From positions 3,658,001 through 3,722,000 of the forward strand of contig NC_081332.1 in NCBI RefSeq assembly GCF_022539665.2: a DNA stretch of 64,000 bases, read 5' to 3'. Positions 1-18,000 of this stretch are shown in pieces. How positions within the stretch are numbered: the stretch's first letter is position 1; each line of letters begins with the position of its first letter. Both the position numbers and the translations under genes were made by a program. This DNA is from Daphnia carinata. Taxonomy: Eukaryota. The notes beneath the pieces are model-generated. The model was given only the letters and a program-made list of their open reading frames with translations. It did not search any database and was not told where the DNA came from.

Positions 1-1505
1 ATTTAGGAAATAAACGGGGGTTCATCGAGCACGATCACGTTGCAAACTGCTGTCTATATAGGCGTGACGGATATCGAAGTAGGTGGCCCATAAATTTTTC
101 CACTAGTCATTCGACAGTGCAGTTTTCAAAGTCGATACTTCACGAAAGTCTAAGTGAACGCCACTTACAAGGACCTCGATTGCTTTTAATGAGTGGCGTA
201 GTTTAAGTGATTTGGAGCGCAAATAGATCGTCGATACGGTCGACTGGTGGCATCAGGCAACCAAATGACGAGCCCATTTATTTCTCCCACCTATACTCAA
301 TATTTGGCAATAATAAAGTAATAAACTGAATTACCCTCGACGACTCTCGAAAAAGCACGTGAACCTTGTCGACGATAAACTAGCAGACGAAAAGCCAAAA
401 CATCCTACCTACTTCTCGTCGGCTGCAAATAAAAAGGTTTTGCGGTGCTTTTCGGTACAATTTATAGTCAGGACTGTAAATTACGATAGCCTGGTAATGT
501 CATGGCTCATTCGATCAAAGAGTACAGCTTCATTAAAATATTCTTGTCCCTGTGGATCTCAATACAGGCAAACTATGACAAAATCAATCCACTTGATTGC
601 AAGGGCAAAACGATGATTTTGACAGCGTAAGCTTTCCTGAATATGGAAAAGGAAAATTTTCATCGCTTTCCTTTCAAGGTAATAGAATGGACAGGCTAAT
701 GGCCTTTCTAGACAAGTTACTTATTCCTAGAAACTTAAGATTCAACTTTTACCTGGCAACTCCGACAAATTACCTGACATCAAAACAGACACTAACCGAC
801 ATGCATCGATGTTGGCTCTTTTCCAAGTCAGTGGATCCCCCTGGTTCAGGTATCTAATCATGTGAGTGGATGAGCCGACGGGACGAGACCTATCTTTGCC
901 TTCAGAGAATCTAATTAAAATGCAGCATGGTAAACCACGTATTTTTCCCGAAATCCTCGGCAAAATTGTACCTCATTACCTGGTTTGGATACTCATTCAC
1001 GGCGCATGTGGATCCAGTTTTCTTTTTGAATTCAATATGTTACACGAGACTTTATTTTCCGCTTTGTGGTAAGCCAAAGTTATCGATCAGTCGCGGATGT
1101 CTCGGAACATACTTTCTTCATAACTTAGGTGGTAGTCTGCGGTTGGCATGGCAACTGTTCCTAATAAATGAGATCGACGAGGGACCACTGAGATATGGTA
1201 AAGCAAAGGAAACGTGAGAGCCGTGATGAGACCAGTAGAGTTCCGGCTGCAATTGCATTCGCAGTGTAAAATTAAATCAAGAGGTTTTAAGTGAGATCAA
1301 CCGAACGACTACTTTCATCAACTCTATCTGCCTACTCACTGACGCACGCACACGGTGCTTTCAATGGTACTCTTGAATTTTTCGTCCTTGAATAGAAGAA
1401 GAAAAAAATTTCTGATAAAATCAAAAGTTTGAAAAGAAATTTGTAATGAGACAAAAAAAAAAGGTAGGAATTTCGAGTGTTTCTGTCCAGATTAGTCGAC
1501 CGCGG

Positions 1506-3925
<2,420 letters not shown>

Positions 3926-6030
3926 TTTCCAAACAAACTCTCGACGTTGCCAGACTTGTCATCAACTGGGCTTGACAGAAATCAAATTTTCAAAAAACAC
4001 CAGCTTTTTCAAAACTAGTTTTCTCCAGCTTTAATTCGATTTGTTGCACAATACTAAAAGAGGGAAAAAATAAATATTAACAAAATCTGAGATGTTAGGT
4101 CCCATGATTCGTCATCCAGCACACTGAATTATTATTCCCATATATAACTCTACAAGGGCGCTTACATTCGTTGGTTTTCATTCCTAGTTCTTCGAATTTT
4201 CTTCATCCAGACTGAACACTGTTCAGCATGAACAATTGGATTATGCAATATCCCGGATTCGCTATAGCACTGGGATCACTTCGGACTGAAAACGTACAAA
4301 AAGACAGCATGAATAAAACAGATGGCAGAGCGATACACACGGATTTAGGAAAACATGCGAATGTCTATTCTACTATGTACGAAATGGGTTTTTTCCCTCC
4401 TAGGTTTTCACTCGTAGCTGCTACGAAAATTTGAGAAAGTGATTCAGGAAAGGATTTACAAGGACTACACAAAACCTATGACTTTTCCTTTGGAATAAAA
4501 GACAAATGAGTGCAATACGCCATGACTACTACTGCTATCTACGTCATTAACTTAAAGCCTTTTTCTGAAATTGTTCTTAGATGAAAAACACAACGAGGCA
4601 AAAGTACAATTTAAAATTAAATTACCCACTAGCCTCGCACAACTTCCGTTTCAATGAAAGTACATTTCTTTTCACTAAATCCCTAGTCGTGTTACGTAAA
4701 AACTTTACACTATACGGAAGTTGCCAACAAGTTTTCACCATGGCGCTCTTTCAACAAAAAAAAGAAAAGAAAAGGGCACCTGTTGGCTAGACACGTTACG
4801 TATTTCCACGCCCACAATCCGTTCAGAGGTTGTGAATCATCGGACTTGATGTAATCCTCGCCGAGTCGTATACCGCACGACGTAATCCCAATGTTATTAA
4901 AGGATGATTGTGAGTGTCTAGTAATCCGCGCTCCAAAAATTCCGCAATCCAGTACACCGCGCATTACGTAAAAACCTTTTTTGCATTTTCACCATCCAAC
5001 ATTTTCTTTTTTTCTCAATTAAGAAAATACTTAAGTACGATTATCCAATAGCGATAAACGTGATCATCTAGTGAACGGGTTTTCATTAGTTGATTATGCA
5101 CGCCCGGCTCTGAATGCGAAAATCACTTTGTTTCATCGATTCGGCAATAGACACTCAATTAAGTGGAACGTAGCGCTATTTAAAGCACAACGAAAAATCG
5201 ACAACGATTTGAGCTAATAACAACCAAAGAATTCAGTCCGCTTCGCGACTTAATCTCTTCTTCTGCTTCGCTGGCAGACTGGTCGTCAATAATGGGGCGA
5301 TGTTCACGGATTACGCCTTCTTTTCTAATAAATAATATATTGGTTGAGCACGGTCTTAAACAATGCCATCTACGGAATGGAGAAAAATAGAAAGAAATCG
5401 TGCTTTATTAGCACGAGACGGAGAAAGAAATAGAAAAAAATGACAACGATGCAATTCTCCGCATATTGTTTTCTCCAGGAAATGTTTGAAGGGTACTGCC
5501 ACACTCATCACGATCCCAAACTTGACGACAGCCAAAAGAAATATTTGTTAAAAAAAAAAAAAAAAAGTTGTAACAAGTCCCCGCGTCGGTACAAAAGTTA
5601 ACTTTAACTGCGACACTGACGCAAAAAGGTGAACGATAAAAAAAGGGCAACATAGGAGGGTGTGTAGATCGCCGACAGGTTCCCATCATCCCACCTCCCG
5701 ATACAAGTTTTCTCCCCTTTCGAAAAGAAAATGAAATTGATTGACGTGTTACGAACAACAACAACAAAAAAAAAAATAAGCAGATAAATCAGCACAGCGT
5801 TCGGCTGACGTCAATAGCTTTTCCCCCTTACATTGCTTCATTTGCGAATTGATGTCGGACATGTTTTTTCGAAACGATCCCAGGTATAAATACAGACCAG
5901 CTCACCTTCGTTCACGCTATTCAATAGAAACAAAAGCCTTTGCTATTACATGATATTCTTTGTTGGCCAGTCGTCTTTTTTCCCACTGTTGCAAACCGAG
6001 TATAGTAGTATTGATTGGTCGGTAGCAGCT

Positions 6031-6031
<1 letters not shown>

Positions 6032-6070
<39 letters not shown>

Positions 6071-6090
6071 GGAGAGAGACAGAGAGAGAG
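6032..6090. repeat. (CA)18 microsatellite followed by a GA-rich tract
   Basis: Read directly: CA repeated over 6032-6067, then gagggagagagacagagagagag. Confidence 0.9.
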
Positions 6091-6490
6091 CAATAGGCTA
6101 TGATGCTGGCCCCAATCTTCCGCCGGCGCACTAGTCGTTGTTTTTTTTTTTTCTAAAGAAAACGGGGGGCACGAAAATGAGATGATGGAGGAACGTTTGT
6201 TGCAAAAAGGATGTGGACACAAACACATAGACGATGGGCATATAATACTAAAGCAAAAACGAAGCACCGGGTTTCAATCAGTTGAGAAAACAGAGCTCAA
6301 CAATGAGCCGAGGTCTTGTGTACATGAGCTCTGCATATATATATATAGAGAGAGAGGGAGAGACTATACCAATTGATGAGTACAGACTGTTGCTCCCTAT
6401 TGCTTCCGCTTTGATCCAGGCCCCAATCAGTTCTTTTGTACGGGGCAACAATTTTTCCCCGTATTTTTCTTGTATCGATTTTTCTCCTAT

Positions 6491-6491
<1 letters not shown>

Positions 6492-6524
<33 letters not shown>
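6492..6524. repeat. Poly-C homopolymer (33 nt)
   Basis: Read directly from the sequence. Confidence 0.9.
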
Positions 6525-9500
6525 AGTTTTAGACCCTGCCAAAAAACCAGAAATTTTTAGTTTTCTTCGTAACGATCGCATCCGTTTATTGACCACACAT
6601 CGAACTGACCGCTACGATCGACAATGTCCGTAGAGCGAAGGTCTAATAAAAGTCACCTTTAAAATATCATAATTCAGAAAAAAAAAAACAATAGAAAGTC
6701 GTAAAAAAATATATATATATATCAAATGCTCTTTCAAAAAAAAAAAAAAATAAATAAACATTCGACGTTCACGTTGTTATGGCCGTTTATCGTCGCTCGG
6801 CAGAGAAACCCCTTATTCACTTATTGATGCGACCCTATTTCCCCCGGCCACGGCGTCGTAGATACACGAGCCCTTTAATACAATATAAACGAATGTGGCA
6901 GCGGCGTGAACGAGTGGCGTATAAAAAGACTGCAAAAGAGTCGTAAAGCGTCGCTAGGAAAAGCGACGCCGATCCATCTTGGATCACTCCCACACACAAC
7001 CACACACACACAGAACGCGTACCCTTTATATTTCCTCCCCATTCGATTTAAGGAAAAGGCGCCCTTATGCCACTATTATGTCCATATGGAAGAGACTTTG
7101 TCCTTGCAGTTGTTACGTAACACGCACAAAATGTACTGCTGCAGCCACGAGGAGCAAAACCACAAAAATGGATAAAAGCCATTTCGCCCGATTGGTTGCG
7201 ATACATAAATAAAAATAACCGGCAACGTTCAGCTATATAGAAGATAAATATTCGCGTGATGGGGACGGCACATCGCCCCAATCAAACACGTAACAATTCA
7301 TTGGTTTATGACGCAAGATCTTTGTAAAAAGAAATACAACAACAATAAGAAAAAATTACATATAAGACGGTCGTTCCTACGAAGGGGAGAGACGCGCGCG
7401 TCGAATTTCGTGTCGCGAATATAAAATTCTTTGAATTTCCGCCATCTTTTTTTGATTTGTTTGTATTGGCGATTATTCGTATTGATTTTGGATGGGAGGT
7501 GTTCTTCGACAGCAGCTTCGCTTTGTAATTCAACGAACCGGGTGGGGTACGATGCGGCGATACGTTCAAACGTTTGACATTTTGCCAACAAAAATGATCT
7601 CAAAATAAAAAATAATTCACTAGAATTATTTTTGTGGGGAGGAAAATATTATTATTGGCACATATCTGACGCCAGTTCAACGAATGCAAATTATAGCTTT
7701 TTGTTATCACCTTGAAAACAAAGGGAAACAATCTCCTATTCTTTTTTTTTATCACCTTTCTCGATTCTCGTGTTTGTCTCTGTTTTGCTTTTTTCACATC
7801 ACATTCTCGGAAATTGACATTAGAGGGAGGGACAGCGATAAGACAATCCCACACGCATTGCCGTCCTTGTCCCCGTGCGGCATTCGTCCGCTTTTAACCC
7901 ACGTTCTCGATGACCGGTATTTATATCCTGGCCATATCTTCATGCATGCAACTTACGCTAAAAGAAACAACACCATCCATTATATTTAATAATTCAATTG
8001 AATGAAAAAAATAATTTAAAGGGAGAAGGGAGGACTGGATGACGTTAAAGATCAGCAGCTGTCAAATGGTGGTAGGGAACTCTTTAAACGCAACAGCCAA
8101 TCGCCGTATTTATTCACGAGATGATCCCCCCTCCATCGAAACATCACGTGGCCCGTCTCAAGAGCCACAAAGAATTTCCATTCTTGCCTATATTGGTTTT
8201 TTACACGTTTTAGCCACTTGTCTGCCGGAGCTTTCGAGAGAGAAGAAAAAGAAAAACACTCGAGAGCTACACGAATAGTCTACAACAAGCTTCTGGGCCA
8301 TAAATTATCCGGCAGGCTGTGACAATAAAAAAAAGAAAATTTAGAAAAAAGAAACAGCATTTTCAAAACTACTGTTGCTGTGGGATCCGCTCAGTCAGAA
8401 AATAAAGCAAAAAAAAAAAAAAAAAAAAATGCACAAGTCCTTTGAACTTTAAACCCCATCAGTGTGTCTGTGTGTGTGTAAGACATGCGATACGTATCGT
8501 GAGCGTGACCCGGGTCATCTATACACACTATATGAGAAGAAGGCGAAAGAGAAAAAAAGGGAGGAGAACAAATAAAGACCTGGCCATTTAAGGTGGAATT
8601 GAAGGGGGGGGGGATACGACATCTATGCAAATGATGCCAATTCTCTTGCTATAGACGTGTGACTCTTGTGGCACACGGCCGCGTGCAAACACGCGATTCT
8701 TGCAATTCATTTTTTTTTTTTTACTTTGTTTTAAAGGGAGAATTAAAAAAAATTCAATTCCTTGATAAGGGGGGGGGAGGTGAACATTTTGTTGTCGGGT
8801 GGAATGGGAAAAAACGGGATTGCGTTTTAATCGGCCATCTCCATGTAGAGAGATGGGGAGACAAGAGGAGAGTCAAGTGATGGAAATGCGAGCAATCAAA
8901 ACAAACTAAAGCAAACAAGAACGGCTCGTATTCTAATGACGTGCTAACGATTCTATTTATAGATATTGGCGATCATGCATCTACTTGTAAGCTGTATGTA
9001 TCGATAAAAATCACGCGACCCCACACGCTTTTCGCAGGATACCCAAATAGAGCTGATCAAGTCCCTCCCAAACTTCTTCCCGTTTTTTTTTTCCCATTTC
9101 TTTCTTTTTTTTTTTTAAACTTGACTTTTCAAGGTTCGAAGCGAACGAATCAATTTTCAATCAACCGAATCCCATTTTGGATTTCGCACTAGTTCTTTTA
9201 TGCTTACGCTACATGTTATTTTCATTACTTTTAAAGTAAACATTTCATTTTTTTTTTTTTAAAGAAAGAGAATTTATTTTCTTTTTCGTGCAAGTTTTGC
9301 TTTCCATCACCAGTTTGGCTGACATAAGGAATAGCGTAACCAACTACACATACGTCGGTCAATAACCTTCAATCAGGACGATCCGATATGCATATACCCC
9401 ACTTCCATAAGAGAATATACAGTTGCACGGGTTCAACTATTTCAAGGACACTAGCCCAAAGAAAACAAAAACAAGCCAATAAAAACAAACGAATTTCGGA

Positions 9501-9556
9501 GAGAATCACCACATCAAATTATCAGCCAAAATGAAGAGGAACAGGTGCGTGAGCCA

Positions 9557-9589
<33 letters not shown>

Positions 9590-11212
9590 CAACAATTTAA
9601 AACAAAATCTGCAATCGTTAAAGAAAATTCCAGAACAAAACTCTATTCAACCTAACCCCCCTTTTTTATTCATTAAAAAAATATATATATAACCCCATCA
9701 AATATATGTAAGGATAAGAAGCAAGAATTTCGATACCGTCCCATTGGCACGGTCCGATGACTGTTGCCTGCGTGCGGAATATTGATCTCTCCCAACAGGC
9801 CACACAGCCTCTACAGTTCCCGTATGGATGTCATAGAGACGAACTCTACACGACTGCCTCTAGCCCTGCCATCTTTTTTTTTTTTTTTTTTTTTTTTGCT
9901 TTCCTTATTGCCCGTTGAGCACGTTTTCCCCTCTTTCGAGAGAATAAAAAAAAAAAAAAATGTTCGTGAGATATCCGTGTCACGTTCGTTTCGTTCGAAA
10001 AACAAAACATGCGGTAGACTTTGGTGGCGGAATGAAGACGATAGGGGAAAAATTCAAACGTTTTTTTTTTTGCAGGCCCCGCAGTGAGTGACGCACATAT
10101 AAATGTTGAGACTTGATGATAGTTAACAATCAGCTGGATGTCTGGCTTTAAAAAAAAAAAGGGGGGGATTTTCTTGATTCTTTGATCCCTTTGTTTTTCA
10201 TACGTTTTTAGTAAACCATTCGTCTCGGCGTGATCAAAAGAGTGCGGATAACAAACTCGAAGTTTCTGCACACTCACCTGACCTTACTAACACATTCTAT
10301 ACACGAAGTTAATGAACCCAAAAGATACGAAATTTTTTTTTTTTCAAATCTAAGAAAATTCGATTCACAATTCTCTCTTCCCTTTTTTTTTTCATTACTA
10401 CGGAGATCAAATGGCATTTGCTTGTCGGTGACGATGAATATTTAATAATGCCCCATGAACTTGGAGAAAGAGATGAGAGGCGAGCTATAACTCCATTACC
10501 TTCACTCGTATGGGCAGCAACTCTTTTCTTCACCCATATAAGTTTTTATTTTGTTGTCCAATATCCCTCGAGTATAAAGTCCACTATCGAAAAAAAAAAA
10601 AAAAAAAGAAAAATTCTTGGGGGCGGAGGTTTGCCCTTATGTCAATGCTGCAACGGCGATTTAAAATGATTATCATCATCATCATAGAGGGAGCGAAAAT
10701 AGAGAGGGAAAGCCAACGATAGAGTTGTACACACCGCGTTATATAGTGCTGGCCAAAGAGAAAGAAAGAGCCTCTGTTGGCTCAACGGCAGACTCAGTCG
10801 CGTCCCGACATTCGGACGGTGAACATCCCCCAAGCCAAACACGTAACACTTCGCATGGAAAAATCCGAAAAAAAACCAAAACAAATTATGTTTCACTGTG
10901 CCCGTCAAAAATTACGACTCAGTTACGTTATTTAACTTGTAGTGAAATCCCAATCTCGAAATGTAAAACAACAGAAAATCAAACAAAGTGAACAAATTCG
11001 TGAGTGCCAAGTGTAAAAACGGCTCGTGATCAATCGCCAAAACAGCCAAAATAAATAGAAACAAAGAGTTTTCCCTTATACAAAAAGAATTGTAACTGAC
11101 GCGATTTGTTGTGCTCTTAACCTACGATGAATGATGTTGTGTAGCAACGACTTATTGTCTTGTCGAGACAGCAGTTGACCAAAGAAGGGGGCCGTGCCTG
11201 CGTTCAGCCGAT

Positions 11213-14200
11213 ATGGCGCATGCGGAACTTGATGCCACGACAATTAAGAGTAGCCATTCAAGCAATTCATTGTCTTATTCACTAGCGATCCTCAAGAGTG
11301 GGCAACAGTTACAACAAGAGCCGAGCCAAATAGCGGCCCTATCCATCGGCAGCGTTGCCGATGCACCGCGCATCAATCAACAACAGCGAAGGAAAACCGT
11401 CTATTTCACCGTCGGCCAGCGTAAAGAAGTGGCCATCTTCGAAGATTTTACGCCTTCTGAAGAGATTAAAAGTAAGTGGACAAACAAAAACAAAAAAAAA
11501 AAAACCTTCCCTCCCACCAAAAAGAAATTCCATATTTATTAGTGTGATGTTAGCAGTCGTCAATAGTGACGTAATCGTCGTCAAATGCTCGTCACCTTGC
11601 CCATTGTCTTGTGAAAGAAAAACATGAAAATCCTGATGGGCATCGTCGTTAACACCCGGGCAAAGAATACAAACAAAAAAAAAAAAAAAAAAAAAAATGA
11701 AAAACTGCGCAGTAAATAATATCCCGCCCACCCAGACACGTCTGTCTTGAAAAGAAAAAAAAATTTATAATATTTTCTTTTAAACCGGACTTCATCACGT
11801 TGTTGGCTTCAAAATCACCTCAGCTGCTTACTAATGTATACACAGAATCTATATAGACCCGGCCCCCGTTTTTTTTCTTTTTTATTCTTTATAAATAAAC
11901 TCGCACCGACCCTTCAATCGACTAATAGTAGTTTAAGGTTCCATGTAGTTGCTCAGCCTGTTGTTGGCAGGTTCCCTCCCCTCCTCCCTTTTGGTATTGA
12001 ATACAGAAAATAATAAAAAAAAAAGAAGTGACCACTCGAGAAACTGTTCGAGAGCATCACCGTCTAAAGACAGACTCTAATTAGAGAGCTCTTAAACGGC
12101 GATGCTTTCGATTCCTAGTACCGGTGTTAGCAATCGAGAGTGATCATGTGTGCGTTTGTAATTAGAAAAAATGAAAAGGAATGAATTAATTAAAATGCGA
12201 TATTGTTTTTGAATTAATCAAGAGAAGAAATATCAATAACCATACATCAATTTGTTGTTTCGATTTAAGAAACAAAAAAATGGAAAAGATATTGATCGAT
12301 TTCGATCGACTTTCAATCTTTACATCTTCTCCCGTTTTCGTCCTTAATGATTGGAACAGGCAAGCCTTGGACGACGTCATCGTGTACACGTTTACCCAAA
12401 ATAAAATTTTATAAAAAGAGCAGATTTTCCCCTCTTTGTGTCTTGATGCGCCCGAGTCATAATAAACTCTGCGCTTGTTAGCAGCGCGCCATATACAATG
12501 CCATACGATTGTCTGATGAAACAGAAAAAAAAGGCATCCCCCTCCCCCCCATCTTAATTTACGATCGCATATTTCTTGATTGGCTACAAAAATAACGGAC
12601 GTTAAAATAACTGTCTTTCAACCCCCGCAAGCGAAACAAAAATATCAACTTCCTCCTATAAAAATATAAAAAGATGGAGATCTTTTTTTTTTGTTTAATG
12701 AAAAATTTCTTGAAAGGGCGTGACTCTGCAACCAAAAAGCCAATTGGCCATTCTTGGGGATGGCTGCATGTAACACGACCTTGCGTGTTGACTCGTAACG
12801 GCCTTCCATTTTTAACGAACGTAATAACGAGGTCGATATCATTTGCTGAGAGCGCGTCATCCCAACTACAGACGGGCCAGACACGTCTACAGTCTATAGC
12901 CGGGCCAGCGCGCGATGGTCTATAACAATGCTGGCGAACTCCGCAGGCTCAAACGCTTGCCCGCCAACCACATCCTTTTAACAATGTGTAACAAAAAGCG
13001 GAACCGCAATTTGTCTGCTAGCGGCTCTAAAGCAACCCCCCCCCCACCACCCACCCACCCAAAAAGAAAAGATTAAAACTCAAGTGGAGGAACATATTTT
13101 TTTGTATAAGGTTCTAAATTCAGACTAAGATGATTTGCATATGATTTTTTTTTTGTTAAAATAAAAAGAAGGAGACGTTGAGAGTAGTTTGTCTTATCCG
13201 TTTCAATTACACGCTGTTTTATCCACTCTAGACAACTATGCAAAATAGAGGCGGGATGCGTTGCTTTTGAGAGAAAAGAAAATATAATTTATGCAGCTTT
13301 GATACGACGACACTCATGAATCACCAAAGAGCTGTTACTATGGCAACGTGACACGCAAAAAAAAAACCTTGTAAATATGATTTCTATTTTTTTTTTATCC
13401 ATTCCCTGCTCAACTTTCTGTCAGTCTCTCGCACCTTCCCCTCCGAAAAAGGGAATCACAAGGAACGAGGAATGATGTCAATTCATGCAGAGAACAAGTA
13501 GTGGAATAACTCGATCGATTTATCTCTTCCACTTTTTTCTTTTTTCGTGATAAGAAAAGAAAATTTTTATTTTTATTTTTATTTTTTTTTTGAAATCAAT
13601 AAGATTTGAAACAAGAGGCCTGTCGTATCAACTGGTTATTTGACCAAGTTGGTACTAGACAACGTCGTCTGCCGTAACCAAATGGAAACAATACAACACA
13701 AGAAATGCAATCGAATGGAGTAAGAAAAAAAACAAAAAACAAACAAACGAACAAAATTCCCCGAAAATTGTTGTCTGAGGTTGTTTTTATTGATTCGCGT
13801 GTCGTGACAAGAGGAATCAAGTTCAAACTGTCTGTGTTAGAAGCGCACGGCAAAAGACTATGTTGCCAGGCGAGAAGAATTCATTAATGACCTTCGCGTG
13901 CCAATCAGAAATGACATCTAGCGTCATTGTCTAACTCGTTTCCTTTTTGTTTTCACTCTCTTTTCTAGTGGTTCTTGTGTGTATGCCCTTGGTTTTGCCT
14001 ATACAAATCTCTTGACAACCCCCCCCCCTACCTTGACAGGTGGAATTTAATAACTCGTTCTTTTTTGACAGCACCTTTAAAGAATTGTTGTTAAAAAAAA
14101 TTTAAAAAAAAAGAATTCAAGACATTTCTCTGTGTGTGTATCCACAGGTTTGTTTAGTAGCGCGGCAGAAGCGGGTCCGCACGACATTTTGAAGATGTAC

Positions 14201-15045
14201 ACACCGGAGGGATCATTGGTTAACATTTCCAACCGACTTGAAAGTAACCGGCCTGATACTCCGTATCGACTTGAACTGGTCGCTGCCCATTTTAACAAAG
14301 GTTCTTCTTCTTCTTTTTGTTTTCGAAAAGAGGCCTAACAATTTAACCGTTCAAGATTTCAAAAAAAAAGAAAGCTATTTGAATATTTCTAAAGAAATAA
14401 ATTCCATTTCACGTAGGATCGTTACCGGAACAGCTGAGAGCCGAACTTGCACTGCTGGATGAAAGGTATACAAGAAAAAAAAGGAATAGAAGAAAGTAAA
14501 AAAAAAAAAAAAAAGAAAAAAAGGAAACAAGAGTAAAAATGATTGAATTTGTTTCCTTTTTTTTTTCGGATGGCGCAAAATAAGGGTCTCGGATTTGGAG
14601 CGGCGAATGCACGACCTGGCCTCGCTCTACCCGCAGGACGTCCAAGCGATGCGGGACGAATTGGAACAGCACAAACAAATTCTCGGTAATGCAGAGAGGC
14701 GCGCGCGCGCGACGCCGCCAATTGCAAAGTACAACTCTCGCATGTACCTCATATGTTGTACCCACACTCGGCTTTTTACATCGCCCTAGGTGTTCTGTTT
14801 TGCATTCGTCAGGCAAAAAAAAAAAAAAATTAGACAGGAGTGCATGTGCCTCGAAAATAATAAGGAAAAAAAAAACAAAAAAAAACAAAAGAGAAACGAG
14901 GATAGCGTTCGCTTTGTTGACGAGAAGGGAAACCCAAGTGTTGTGGTTGAATATGGCGATTTGCGGCAACGGGCTTCCGTGAAATAATGAGATCCCATAT
15001 AACAGAGGCTTCTTATTATATCAGACGTCATTATTATACGAAAAC

Positions 15046-15076
<31 letters not shown>

Positions 15077-18000
15077 GTGGTATATCTATTGTCTTTCCAG
15101 CAGCTGCTGGGCGACAAATGTACTATTGCGGGTCGTTTGCTCATTGTTTTTATTTTGATTTTCTCCATATTTTTTTTTCCAGGAGGGTTTAGTTGTTTCC
15201 CCCCTAGCACCAGGGCCTTTTTTTTTTCCTCGCAAAAAATGTACCCGCATCTGGCCGTAATTGCCATGTAGTCAATAGATGCAACCCGCTCCCGAAAGGC
15301 CCTTTTTTTTCTGCATGTTAAAAAAAGAAGGCAAATATATGTCGCTTTTTTTCCCCTCTTTGACTTTAATTGAATGACAACGGGGCAAAAAACAAACAAA
15401 GAAAAAATGGTAAAAATAATCAACATGCGTGAATTATGCAACAGGTTTGTGTCGGGCCGGAACGACTTTCCGACACAGTGGAATGGGCCGTCCTTACTGG
15501 AACCGGCACAAAGCGCGTCGGAAATCCGAATCTGAGAAACGGCTCGTCTGCGAGAAATATCTGCGCATTAGGTGATAAAAAAAATTCGAATTTAACTTTC
15601 CCATCAAGAGAAAAAGAACATGCCCCATTTTGAAAACAGTACAATGACGTTGACGGAAGAGATCCGGCGATGTCTGCGGATGCCGACGTTCGATAACTGG
15701 CAGTGGGAAGACGAGGAGATCCTGTTGCTCTTGCAGCAAATGTACGTCGACCTGGATCTGGCCCGCAAGTTCGACATCGACCTGGACGTTTTACGAAAGT
15801 TCCTCTGTCAGGTTTACATGAACTACAACGAGGTTCCCTTCCACAATTTCCAGCACTGTTTCACCGTCAGCCAAATGGTAAGCGAATCGACCGTCCTTGC
15901 CCTATCAAGTCTTTCTCTTTGCCATCGATCGAAAACGAAATGATGCCAACTCGTGTCAAGCGCGCTAACAAACAAAAAAAAGCTGATCTCTTCAGACAGA
16001 TCGTATCGATTAACCGAAACACTGAAACTCAATAAGACAGTGGCAAAGTTCAAGAGTCTCCAAAGTCAAACAGCTGCGTGAAATGTCACTTCTTTTTTTT
16101 TTTTGCGCACAATTATGAGAGATAATGCAACAATGCAAGTTGACACATAGGGCCAACTTTTTTTTCTTTCTTTAAATTTAAAAAAAAAAATGTAATTGAA
16201 CATCCAAGTCTCGACAGCCAACGCGTTTCAAAAGCCAATTTCACGAGAAACGTCCAACGATTAAGTAAAACATTCAAAGCTCTCTAGTTACATTTGATCT
16301 AATGATCGAAAGTGAGTCTGCATTGAAAAATATGTCCGCCAGCAAATTTCGTTTCTCCTTCATGTGACAGAACAGAAGGGAGGAGGATGATAGATATCTA
16401 TAGCTGTCAAATTGCATAATCTAGTAGGGATAGATGACGCTAGTTGTGCGCTTTGCATTTCAAAGAAGAGCTCTTCGTTGCATCAATCACGTGATCAGCG
16501 TGTACGACGCAAAAGTTCAAAAGGCTATAAATGGACACGAAGATTAGCACATCAAGTGAGAATTTAATGAGGTCTTCTTTTTTTTTATTCGATTAGATGT
16601 ACGGGATCATATGGTGTTTGGATCTACCGGACAAGATTGGCGACCTGGAAACGCTGATCCTTCTCACTTCCTGCATTTGTCACGATCTCGATCATCCCGG
16701 ATTCAACAACATCTACCAGGTCTGCCATTACAGTTTCTGAATATTTCAATCTGGCTCTGCCATTTAGAAGTAATGACATGTCAAATTAGAATTGCTGCAA
16801 AGGCCACATATTTATAGTCATTAGGAAAGCAAGCGAAAGAGAAAGAGGGAGAAGTGTGCCCGAGTTGCGAAGAAACATTACAGCGACACGCAGTCAAAGT
16901 CTGGGACGGGCGGGAGGGCTTCATTAATTAGTACGCAAGCTGCTTGGACGTTGTTTGTTTCGCTTTGATGCCAGTCTAATCGATTCTTTGGGAGGGTGTG
17001 CAAGAGAATCTATCGCCTACGGGTTTCTTCGCATTAATAAAAAACAACATGAATATAAAAAGCTTATTAAAGGGTATCATAGAGTAGGGAGGGATAGAGT
17101 TTTATCCAGTAATGTGATTATACATCATTGCCACTCCTGTGTTACTAAACAGATTAACGCGAGGACAGAGTTGGCCCTGCGCTACAATGACATTTCGCCG
17201 CTGGAGAATCATCACTGTTCGGTCGCGTTCAACATCTTGGAAGATCCAACGGCAAATCTCTTCCGATCCTTCCCTCCCGATGTCTACAAGAGCGTCCGCG
17301 AAGGCATTATACGATGCATCCTGGCCACGGACATGGCCCGTCACAACGAGATCCTCAACCAGTTCAATCAAATAGCCCCCGAATTCGACTACAACAACCG
17401 TGCCCACATCAATCTGGTAAGTTTCATTTCTTGGTATTTGTGGGAGGCACGAACAAGGAAAAACAAAACAAAACTGGTCCTACCTGTTTTGGTTCCCTGC
17501 AAGCTTCTGCAAAATGGCCAGCAATGTGAAAGATGATTAGAGTGAACGTGACACTTGTAAAGTCGCCTTGAAATTGATACCGTGTTCTAGGATAGTGCAG
17601 CTCACGCAGTAAAAAGTTTAGCACTTGAGTAGTGAATGGAATCGTTTGGGCGCCATTGACTGTCATGCACTCTCTGACGTCAAACCAACATGCCTTGATT
17701 AATGCACAATTCAGGGGGAACTTCCGGAAGCACTAGAACATATGGCACGTTAATAAAACGATGTAAAATGTACTTCTCTACCTTCGTGGCGCCATTTCAA
17801 CTTTGTTTCTCTTACTGACTGAAAAGTCACATCCGACTAGATGAAATTTTCAAGGGGCAAAGTAGACGTTGCCGATTATGCAGCAAAAACTACCTCGTAT
17901 TTTTCGTAAATAAATAAAATTCACTTTAAAAAAAAAGAAATAGAAAATAAGACACTGCTGTAATTTCGTTTTCCACAAAATTCAAATTCCATGCCAACAA

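Noticed and set aside
359..1217. Cluster of short overlapping ORFs in homopolymer-poor DNA downstream of Rpb4
   Set aside because: No recognisable motif or consistent exon chain. It could be a decayed transposon, but I cannot support that without a search.
6282..6633. Poly-Pro and poly-Gly ORFs
   Set aside because: They arise from translating the C33 homopolymer and have no coding context.
13115..13130. AATTCAGACTA resembling the RNase P RNA CR-V box (RNase P RNA is intronic in insects and crustaceans)
   Set aside because: No matching CR-I element or pairing partner was found upstream.
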